A program made the position numbers and the translations under genes. Below are positions 52,144 to 59,364 of a stretch of DNA of 59,364 nucleotides, piece by piece. How positions within the stretch are numbered: the first letter of the stretch is position 1; each line of letters starts with the position of its first letter. Below the pieces are notes generated by a model that saw nothing but the letters and a program-made list of their open reading frames with translations, did not search any database and was not told the origin of the DNA. The DNA is from Candidatus Peribacteraceae bacterium (lineage in GTDB: Bacteria > Patescibacteriota > Gracilibacteria > Peribacterales > Peribacteraceae): NCBI GenBank assembly GCA_028707875.1, contig JAQWAC010000003.1, positions 1-59,364 of the forward strand, given 5' to 3'.

Positions 52144-53049
52144 ATGGCTCATAAATTCTCACTTTCCGACATTGCTATTTCCGTGTTCGCCGTGATTCTG
52201 GTGAGCACGTTCTCGTTGCAACTCCATTTGAATCGCTCACTTTCACCCAAGGTGCTGGCACAGTCCGTGTATCAAGTCATGTGCGGGAACACGGTGATGC
52301 CTCCGGAAACGGTTGTTGTTTGTGTCGAGGGACAAACGACGACACGGGGAGCCGACAAATACAAGTGCAACAGCACCTGTACCGACTGGGTCTACGTACC
52401 GCCTGACAATCCGGTCGTTGATCGCGGGGCCTGTTGCACGGACAACGGAGTCACCAGCGAGTGTAATGACACGTACACCGAGGCAAGCTGTCAGGGAAAG
52501 GGGGTGTGGTTTCCTTCCCGTAACACCTGCTGGACCTTCCGCTCCCAGAACGGCGGAAAATGCGTCGCCAGTTCTTCTTCGTCAACATCTGCCACCTCCT
52601 CTTCCGATAACGTCGCTTCGACGAGCTCATCGATTTACGGAGGGGAACAATCGGTATGCGGCGACTACAAGACGGATAAGCCGAACAGTTATGGTTTCTA
52701 TGAGGAGTGCGACTGGGGTCCCAGAAATTCCGACACCTTGCCGGATACCTGCCGGAAAAATTGCATGAATTCCCGGTGCGGTGACGGTGTCATCGATCCC
52801 TTCCTCAAGGAGGAGTGTGATGACGGAGATTATGGCAACGGGGCCGAAGGCTGGAATAATTGCAGCAAAGAGTGTAAAAAGCTCGCCCCCGCTGAGCCGG
52901 AGAGCCTCTACTTCATGATCACGCAGGCGCTCATGGGCTTGAATCTCTCGGATATAGGAACAACCGCGAGCACTCCTGCGGGCGGAACCTCGACCGCTCT
53001 GTTCGACTGGAACGCCCTCTTCTTCCCGATCTCGCCGCTTGCGTGGTGA
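52144..53049 (+). CDS. Secreted or membrane-anchored cysteine-rich repeat protein
   Basis: N-terminal TM/signal, many Cys, and CGDGVIDPFLKEECDDGDYGNG resembling the Myxococcus-type Cys-rich repeat. Confidence 0.75.
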   Translation: MAHKFSLSDIAISVFAVILVSTFSLQLHLNRSLSPKVLAQSVYQVMCGNTVMPPETVVVCVEGQTTTRGADKYKCNSTCTDWVYVPPDNPVVDRGACCTDNGVTSECNDTYTEASCQGKGVWFPSRNTCWTFRSQNGGKCVASSSSSTSATSSSDNVASTSSSIYGGEQSVCGDYKTDKPNSYGFYEECDWGPRNSDTLPDTCRKNCMNSRCGDGVIDPFLKEECDDGDYGNGAEGWNNCSKECKKLAPAEPESLYFMITQALMGLNLSDIGTTASTPAGGTSTALFDWNALFFPISPLAW

Positions 53050-53136
53050 GACACTCTGCCTGACGCAAAAGAGAAAGGCCGGAGCACCGAAGGTGCGACG
53101 AACGTGAGCGATATCCGCCACAGACGATGAGTCGAA

Positions 53137-53212
53137 TGGTGGAGCTGAGGGGATTCGAACCCCTGATCTCCGCAATGCGAATGCGGCGCTCTACCAACTG
53201 AGCTACAGCCCC
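53137..53212 (-). tRNA. tRNA-Ala (anticodon CGC), CCA encoded
   Basis: GGGGCTG-TA-GCTC-AGTTGGTA-GAGC-G-CCGCA-TTCGCAT-TGCGG-AGATC-AGGGG-TTCGAAT-CCCCT-CAGCTCC-A-CCA. The G3-U70 pair is present. Confidence 0.9.
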
Positions 53213-53361
53213 GAATCAGTGGGGGAAGTATAGAGGGGTGACGGTGCGGGGCAAGACCCAAAGTCGGTTTGTATTTTCCGGTTTTTCTTTTCGCTGCAAG
53301 CGGAGGCTGATATGATTGAGACGGTTCATTGAGATATGCATTTGAATGTTCACGACACCGT

Positions 53362-53437
53362 GGCCCGGTAGCTCAGTTGGTAGAGCACTCGCCTGAAGAG
53401 CGAGGTGTCACCAGTTCGATCCTGGTCTGGGCCACCA
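53362..53437 (+). tRNA. tRNA-Phe (anticodon GAA), CCA encoded
   Basis: GGCCCGG-TA-GCTC-AGTTGGTA-GAGC-A-CTCGC-CTGAAGA-GCGAG-GTGTC-ACCAG-TTCGATC-CTGGT-CTGGGCC-A-CCA. Confidence 0.95.
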
Positions 53438-53627
53438 TTCGATTCGCGCCTTCGTGCGCTCACTCATGGTCGTCGCGCTTTGCGCTCCGGCCATTTTTTG
53501 GCGCGAATCGAATGACAGTGAGCGATGAACGGAGTGAGGAGTCGAACTGCCCAGAACCTTCATGTTCCAATCATTGGCAAATCTTCACACTTGAGATAGG
53601 GTAAAGCGACTTCTGGTATCTCACCCC

Positions 53628-56201
53628 ATGCACCCCCCAGCAGAGAGTCACCTGATGAAAGGCTTGCGATCGCAGGAAGTGAATGATCGCCTCGCAGAAG
53701 ACGGCTTCAACGAGTTGCCGTCCTCCGGTAATCGTTCCTTTTTCGGCATCGCCTTCAGCGTGATCAAGGAACCGATGTTCCTGCTGCTCGTTGCCTGCGG
53801 CGCCATCTATCTGCTCCTCGGGGATCGACAGGAATCGTACATGCTCCTCGGTTCCGTCTTTATCGTGATGGGCATCACGATTTATCAGGAACGCAAGACC
53901 GAAAGGGCGCTGGAGGCCTTGCGGGATCTTTCCAGCCCGCGCGCTCTCGTCATCCGCGAAGGGCAGCGCCTGCGCATCCCCGGAAGGGAAGTCGTGCGTG
54001 ATGACATCTTCCTTCTCTCGGAAGGTGATCGTATTCCTGCAGATGGATTCGTCCTCTCCAGCATTAATCTCTCCGTCGATGAATCCCTTCTGACCGGAGA
54101 ATCCGTTCCTGTCCGCAAAGCGGTCTGGAAAGGCACTGAGCACGAGAGACGACCGGGGGGTGACGATCAGCCGATCGTCTACTCCGGTTCCCTCGTCGTT
54201 TCCGGAAAAGCACACTGCAAAGTCTTCGCCACGGGCATCCGAACGGAGATCGGCAAGATCGGCAAAGCGCTGCAAACGCTCGAACCGGAAAGCACTCTTC
54301 TTCAGAAGGAGGTGACAAAAATCGTTCAAATCGTCTCGATCGTCGGTTTCATTCTCTGCGGACTCGTGGTCGTGCTCTACGGACTCACACGCGGAAATTG
54401 GCTGCAGGGATTCCTTGCGGGATTGAGCCTCGCCATGGCGATCCTTCCGGAGGAATTCCCCGTCGTACTGACCATCTTCTTCGCATTGGGAGCCTGGCGC
54501 ATCTCAAAGAGGGGGGTGCTGACCCGTCGGATTCCTGCCATGGAGATGCTCGGCGCCGCAACGGTTCTCTGCGTCGACAAGACCGGGACGCTCACGCTGA
54601 ATACCATGACCGTCGAGCGGATCATGGCGAACGGAAAATCCGTTGAACACCCCCTTTCGCTCACGGAACTCCCGGAAGCATTCCACGACATCGTGGAATA
54701 CAGCATCCTCGCAAGCCAAAAAGATCCTTTCGATCCCATGGAAAAGGCATTCCGGCATATCGGGGAGGAGTTCCTGAAGACGACGCCGCATCTCCATGAT
54801 GACTGGACGCTTGTCCGCGAATATTCCCTCTCCACGCACTTACTCGCGATGTCCGAGGTCTGGAAATCCCCAGGCGGTTCGGAATTCGTCATCGCGGCAA
54901 AGGGCGCTCCGGAAGCGATCATTGATCTCTGCCATCTGCCGGAATCGAAGAGCGGTGTGATTCGCAGACATGTGGAGGAAATGGCGTCGAACGGACTGCG
55001 GGTTCTTGCCGTTGCCAAAGCACACCACGCGGGCAGCGAGCTTCCCGGAAAACAGCATGACTTTCTTTTCGAATTTCTCGGTCTCATGGGCCTTGCCGAC
55101 CCCGTCCGCCCGACGGTCCCCGCGGCCATCCTGGAATGCCGTGATGCGGGCATCCGGGTGATCATGATCACGGGAGACCATCCCGCCACGGCCTCCTCCA
55201 TCGCCAGGCAGATCGACCTCCACCATGAGGGATCCATGATCACGGGACAGGAACTCGATGCCATGAACGACGATGAATTGAAGAGGCGCATCAAGACCGT
55301 CACGGTGTTCGCCCGCGTCGTCCCCGAGCAGAAGCTGCGCATTGTAAAAGCGCTCAAGGGACAGGGGGAGATCGTGGCAATGACGGGAGACGGCGTGAAT
55401 GACGCCCCTGCACTCAAAGCCGCCCATATCGGAATTGCCATGGGCAACAGGGGAACGGATGTCGCGCGCGAAGCCTCCGCACTCGTCCTCGTGGACGATG
55501 ATTTTTCCTCCATCGTGCAGGCCATCCGCATGGGGCGCAGGATTTTCAATAATTTGCGCAATGCGATGTCCTATCTGCTGGCGATTCATGTTCCGATTGC
55601 GGGAATTTCCCTCATTCCCGTGGCACTCAAATGGCCGCTTGTCCTCTCTCCTGTGCACATTCTCTTCCTGGAACTCATCATTGATCCTGCCTGCTCCATC
55701 GCCTTTGAAATGGAGCCGGAGGAGCAGGATGTCATGCGTCACCCGCCCCGGAACCCGCGGATCCCCATGTTCCGTCGTCGCATGGTGCTGGTCAGCCTTT
55801 TCCAGGGAGTTGTCATTCTGGCGATTCTTCTCGGACTCCTGGCGACATCGCTCTCACGGGGCCTGAGTGAGGGGGAGGCCCGTGCTCTCACGTTTGCCAC
55901 CCTTGTGATTGCGAATGTCTGCCTGATCCTCTCCGACCGTTCCCGCACGAAAACCATTTTGGAAAACATCCGCACGGCCAATGCCGCCGTGTGGTGGGTG
56001 GCGGGAGGAGCCCTCTCAGTCCTCTCGCTGGTCATGCTGGTGCCGACTCTTCGAGAATTGTTCAGCTTTTCCGCCCTGAGCCTTACGGATGTCGCCCTCT
56101 GCGCCGTTGCGGGTTTTGTCAGTATCGCATGGTTTGAAATCGCGAAGATTCTGATGAGGAATAAGCATATTGCTTCGTTTGTGCATTCTTTCGCCCGCTA
56201 G
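53628..56201 (+). CDS. Cation-transporting P-type ATPase (P2, Ca2+/Mg2+ type)
   Basis: LTGESVPV, DKTGTLT and TGDGVNDAPALK. 10 TM-type segments, 857 aa. Confidence 0.95.
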   Translation: MHPPAESHLMKGLRSQEVNDRLAEDGFNELPSSGNRSFFGIAFSVIKEPMFLLLVACGAIYLLLGDRQESYMLLGSVFIVMGITIYQERKTERALEALRDLSSPRALVIREGQRLRIPGREVVRDDIFLLSEGDRIPADGFVLSSINLSVDESLLTGESVPVRKAVWKGTEHERRPGGDDQPIVYSGSLVVSGKAHCKVFATGIRTEIGKIGKALQTLEPESTLLQKEVTKIVQIVSIVGFILCGLVVVLYGLTRGNWLQGFLAGLSLAMAILPEEFPVVLTIFFALGAWRISKRGVLTRRIPAMEMLGAATVLCVDKTGTLTLNTMTVERIMANGKSVEHPLSLTELPEAFHDIVEYSILASQKDPFDPMEKAFRHIGEEFLKTTPHLHDDWTLVREYSLSTHLLAMSEVWKSPGGSEFVIAAKGAPEAIIDLCHLPESKSGVIRRHVEEMASNGLRVLAVAKAHHAGSELPGKQHDFLFEFLGLMGLADPVRPTVPAAILECRDAGIRVIMITGDHPATASSIARQIDLHHEGSMITGQELDAMNDDELKRRIKTVTVFARVVPEQKLRIVKALKGQGEIVAMTGDGVNDAPALKAAHIGIAMGNRGTDVAREASALVLVDDDFSSIVQAIRMGRRIFNNLRNAMSYLLAIHVPIAGISLIPVALKWPLVLSPVHILFLELIIDPACSIAFEMEPEEQDVMRHPPRNPRIPMFRRRMVLVSLFQGVVILAILLGLLATSLSRGLSEGEARALTFATLVIANVCLILSDRSRTKTILENIRTANAAVWWVAGGALSVLSLVMLVPTLRELFSFSALSLTDVALCAVAGFVSIAWFEIAKILMRNKHIASFVHSFAR

Positions 56202-56244
56202 CAGGTTTGCATGCGGAATGAATTATAGAATATTAAAATATATA

Positions 56245-56273
56245 TTGTTAAATTTGTCTAAATATTGTATAAT
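56245..56273 (+). promoter_or_regulatory. Promoter TTGTTA-17-TATAAT in an AT-rich spacer
   Basis: Read directly. 31-nt leader to ATG 56305. Confidence 0.55.
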
Positions 56274-56304
56274 GTAAGTCCAGTCTCACATACATATTCA
56301 CATC

Positions 56305-57723
56305 ATGAATAAATCAGACCGTCATCTCCTTGCGAACCTCCTTGCTCTCGGCAGCATGACGCTCCTGTTTTTGATCGGACCCGCAACGAGACCGATGGAG
56401 GATCGTGCCCTTTCGCTCTCACTCCTCAGGATGCAATCGCCGTTCTCCTTTCAGGCGGTTGCCGCACTTGCCTACTCAGAAGCGACGCTGCCGGACAGTC
56501 CCGCCCTTCGTGTTGCAAAGAGACTCGCCAACCGCCTTGCCAAACACCAGCGGACCCGGCCGCCTCTCACGGCACTCGTATCCGCAGTGGAGGAACAACA
56601 TGTCCTTCTCCGGAAACACCTTTCGGCAACACTCAACTCCCCTTCTTCCCCCAAGCCGGTTGAGTGGGAGATCTCCTTGCAACGGTATCCCGAATGGATT
56701 CAGCCCATCTTCACCGCTACGGACGCTCACTTTCATCTGAATCCTGACTCAATCGGCGAAACATTGAAGAGCGGGAACGTCAACGGCGTGATTCTCCCCG
56801 TCGGAGCAGTCCTCACCGGTACCGGTACGGACAAAGGAATTCTCAGGGCGAAAACGGACGGCGTTGCGAAGTCGGGAACAGTCTTCGATGTTCCGCAGGC
56901 CATTACCGCAATCACCACGGCGCTGGAGCAGGACAAGAAACAGATCACGCTCACGCTCAAGACCGAGGCCGGACACATTGATAATCAATCCGGTGAGCAT
57001 CTCGGTGATCTGGTCCTTCTTGGTTCGGGACGTTCGGATTTCAAGGGATCGCCATGGGGAAGAGTTGAGAACATCAAAAAGGCACTCCGCGAGCATGTGA
57101 ATAATGTGATTGTCCCGGCGGGATCCACCTATTCGTTCAATGCCACTCTCGGGGGTCCGGTCACGGAGAGCCGCGGATGGAAAATGGCAAAAGTCATTTT
57201 TGAAGCCAACCAGCTTGTGATGGCGCCCGGCGGCGGAATCTGTCAGACATCCACAACGGCATTCCGGGCAATTCTCAATGCGGGATTCCGGGTTGTCGAC
57301 CGGCAGAATCACAGCATGTACGTTTCCTATTATGAAAAGTATGGCGTGGGTATCGATGCCACCGTATTTCCCGGACTCCAGGACCTCACCTTTGTGAATG
57401 ATTCAGGTAATGATCTGCTCATTCAAGCCTACGACGAAGGAACGGAAGCCGTGGTGAATGTGTACGGGACACCGGACGGCAGGTCCGCCACGGTCAAAGG
57501 GCCGTACTTCGCAAGTTCAGACCTTACCGGCTATCCGGCGAATGAGCGTTCCCCCCGATCCAATGAAATCATTTGGGTGCAGGAGGTGACGTTCGCGGAC
57601 GGGAGCACGCAGGACAACCTCATCATCTCGCGTTACACGAGTCTCCCCCGATCCATTGTCGCCAAGTATGCCCTGCAGGCGAATATTTTCGCGAGTGGCT
57701 CAACCGTGGTCAGCGAACGCTGA
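56305..57723 (+). CDS. VanW-family protein
   Basis: GSTYSFNATLGGPVTESRGW...GGGICQTSTTAFRAILNAGF...NHSMYVSYY VanW core. N-terminal TM. Confidence 0.85.
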   Translation: MNKSDRHLLANLLALGSMTLLFLIGPATRPMEDRALSLSLLRMQSPFSFQAVAALAYSEATLPDSPALRVAKRLANRLAKHQRTRPPLTALVSAVEEQHVLLRKHLSATLNSPSSPKPVEWEISLQRYPEWIQPIFTATDAHFHLNPDSIGETLKSGNVNGVILPVGAVLTGTGTDKGILRAKTDGVAKSGTVFDVPQAITAITTALEQDKKQITLTLKTEAGHIDNQSGEHLGDLVLLGSGRSDFKGSPWGRVENIKKALREHVNNVIVPAGSTYSFNATLGGPVTESRGWKMAKVIFEANQLVMAPGGGICQTSTTAFRAILNAGFRVVDRQNHSMYVSYYEKYGVGIDATVFPGLQDLTFVNDSGNDLLIQAYDEGTEAVVNVYGTPDGRSATVKGPYFASSDLTGYPANERSPRSNEIIWVQEVTFADGSTQDNLIISRYTSLPRSIVAKYALQANIFASGSTVVSER

Positions 57724-57869
57724 TACGGCAAATCCACGTACAATAAATCTCACACCGCACCATACATTGTGCATTAAGGCACGTCTCTTTTTTCATACGG
57801 AGGTCCTGTGAGACTGGAAATGTCAAAAGATTCATTTAAACTGACCAGGCATTTTTTCCCTCATTTTCT

Positions 57870-58601
57870 ATGTCCAATGATCCACAGAAAGATCTCAAAC
57901 TCTGGTTTGGTATCTCCATGATCCTCATCGGAGTGATAGTGGGATTCACAGCTGCCAAGATTTCCGGCACAAGCATTGGCTCCGTCCCCGGGATCCCCAC
58001 GGCGCAGCGATCATCGCAACCCACGGCCCCGACCGCCCCCCCCGCGGCCCCGACCGTCAGCTACGAGAATATTGATCCGATTACAGCCAACGATCACGTT
58101 CGCGGTACCGCCAATGCAAACATTACCATCCTCGAGTACTCGGATATGGAATGCCCGTTCTGCGCCCGCGTGCATCCGACCATGGAACAGCTCCTCAAGG
58201 ATTACGGCGGTAAGGTGAACTGGGTCTTCCGCCACTTCCCGCTCTCCTTCCACCCGAACGCCCAGAAAGCCGCGGAAGCCACCGAATGTGCGGCTGAGCT
58301 TGGCGGCAACGACAAGTTCTGGGAGATGACGGATATGATCTACGAGAAAGGATCCGACAACACCCAGCTGGCCGTCTATGCCAAGGCCATCGGTCTGAAC
58401 GAGGCCGCATTCACCAAGTGTGTGGATAGCGGGAAGTACGCTACAAAGGTCAGCGATATGATGCAGACGGGATCGAAGGCCGGCGTACAGGGAACGCCGG
58501 GCAGTCTCATCATCAACAATAAGACCAAGAAGGTTTCCATGGTCTCCGGCGCCCAGCCCATCGCCAACTTCAAGACGGCGATTGATGCGCTCCTGAAGTA
58601 A
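57870..58601 (+). CDS. DsbA-family thiol:disulfide oxidoreductase
   Basis: TM anchor, Pro/Ala linker, and CPFC active site in ILEYSDMECPFCARVHP. Confidence 0.85.
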   Translation: MSNDPQKDLKLWFGISMILIGVIVGFTAAKISGTSIGSVPGIPTAQRSSQPTAPTAPPAAPTVSYENIDPITANDHVRGTANANITILEYSDMECPFCARVHPTMEQLLKDYGGKVNWVFRHFPLSFHPNAQKAAEATECAAELGGNDKFWEMTDMIYEKGSDNTQLAVYAKAIGLNEAAFTKCVDSGKYATKVSDMMQTGSKAGVQGTPGSLIINNKTKKVSMVSGAQPIANFKTAIDALLK

Positions 58602-58623
58602 CCGTTTCGCTTGTTTTCAAGTC

Positions 58624-58651
58624 AGAAGGCGGCATGTGCCGCCTTCTTTTT
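58624..58651 (+). terminator. Rho-independent terminator (AGAAGGCGG-catgtg-CCGCCTTCT + TTTT)
   Basis: Read directly, 22 nt after the TAA at 58599-58601. Confidence 0.75.
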
Positions 58652-58715
58652 GACATTCGTTTTGCTCGTCGTGAAGAAGCCGCTACAATGCACTCCCCTT
58701 TCACTCCTCTTTGCC

Positions 58716-59364
58716 ATGCGCCCCTCCCGTCCGTTTCTCGTCCTTTCCCTTCTTCCGCTTTTCCTGATTTCCTGCGGAAGCCCCACCTCAACCACCGATC
58801 CTGCCGGAGGATCCAGCAGCAGCTCATCCTCCGAAACCTCCGTCGCCGAAACCCACAATGTGGTCTACTCGGGCAGGGTGCGCACGGCGGGAATCAGCAT
58901 CTATATGGAGGGAACGCATCGACTGGAACTTCCCGATGGCCGCTTCATCCTCCTGGAAAGCACCATGGTGGACTTGAACGGTTATGTGGGGGAACTGGCG
59001 GAAGTGTCAGGAACCGTTCGCCCCACGGTGGAAGCGGGGGGCATGATCATGCGCGTGGAACAGATTCGTCTGCTGGAAGGCAGCTCTTCATCGGAAAGCA
59101 CCTCCGAGAGCAGTTCATCGCCCTCTTCGGAAGCCTCCTCATCTTCTTATTCATTTTCATTCTCGCTCTCCTCTGTTTCTTCTGTTACCCCTGTCTCCTC
59201 GACCTCCTCAATCACTGTCGTCCCGGCGAGCTCCGCGACGAGCTCCGTGCCATCCAAGACATCTGCCCCCTCCTCGAAAAGCTCCGCCGGCATCGTTACC
59301 TCATCCGTCTCCGCTTCCCCTGATTTGAGCGCGCGCATCGCCCCCATGGCAAAGCAGAATATGG
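58716..59364 (+). CDS. Lipoprotein with a Ser-rich linker, 3' end outside the window
   Basis: ATG 58716: MRPSRPFLVLSLLPLFLISCGSPTST... (lipobox LISC). Open to the end of the window, so absent from the closed-ORF track. The domain GTHRLELPDGRFILLESTMVDLNGYVGELAEVSGTV is paralogous to 20019..20852. Confidence 0.7.
   Translation, partial: MRPSRPFLVLSLLPLFLISCGSPTSTTDPAGGSSSSSSSETSVAETHNVVYSGRVRTAGISIYMEGTHRLELPDGRFILLESTMVDLNGYVGELAEVSGTVRPTVEAGGMIMRVEQIRLLEGSSSSESTSESSSSPSSEASSSSYSFSFSLSSVSSVTPVSSTSSITVVPASSATSSVPSKTSAPSSKSSAGIVTSSVSASPDLSARIAPMAKQNM

Noticed and set aside
58634-59323. 229-aa Arg/Leu-rich plus-strand ORF.
   Set aside because: It is the +1-shifted shadow of the lipoprotein frame that starts at 58716. 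That frame has a lipobox, a Ser-rich linker and a paralog in the window.
1-59364. Alternative genetic code (UGA reassignment, as in some CPR lineages).
   Set aside because: TGA terminates several well-conserved genes at the expected length (malic enzyme, rplI, the DUF11 protein and others), and no suppressor-type tRNA is present among the four tRNAs.

Overview
59,364-nt chromosomal window from a GC-rich bacterium that uses the standard genetic code (TGA, TAA and TAG all close recognisable genes). I call about 57 protein-coding genes, 4 tRNAs (Val-UAC, Ile-UAU, Ala-CGC, Phe-GAA, all with an encoded CCA), one intact IS1595-family transposase gene, several intrinsic terminators and a set of sigma70-like promoters. 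No rRNA genes and no CRISPR array were seen. The backbone is housekeeping: tyrS, glmS, recA, dnaB, mraY, dnaK, obg, purA, nadK, prmC, cca, ruvX, rpsT, rpsP, rplI and secG. It also carries central-carbon genes (malic enzyme, two gap paralogs, class I fbp). Envelope and surface genes include a PBP2/FtsI-type transpeptidase, two GT4 glycosyltransferases, VanW, DsbA, a CPBP protease, SemiSWEET, a P-type ATPase, a family-5 solute-binding protein, a PilB/GspE ATPase, a VirB2/TrbC-like mini-pilin and an LPXTG-anchored DUF11 protein. The architectures resemble Patescibacteria/CPR genomes, but that assignment is inference only. Nine signals are not explained by the gene calls. (1) Two families of structured intergenic repeats: R2 in 3-4 copies with compensatory stem changes, and R1 in 2 copies. 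(2) A GGTGTA-N6-TACACC dyad upstream of recA and of a small orphan ORF. (3) Many -10 boxes lie 6-9 nt before start codons, implying leaderless mRNAs. (4) An AATGGATAATTG motif array recurs just after stop codons. (5) A self-contained promoter-SD-ORF-terminator unit encodes a 54-aa Lys/Cys-rich peptide. (6) A tRNA-like relic and a tRNA fragment lie next to tRNA-Val. (7) A roughly 2.5-kb AT-rich island (ImmA/IrrE protease, IS1595) is bracketed by a duplicated gap 3' end. (8) An AT-rich frameshifted gene is fused to the tyrS stop. (9) An HNH-motif orphan gene has a long untranslated leader. All motif coordinates were indexed by hand against ORF-track anchors and may be off by 1-2 nt.
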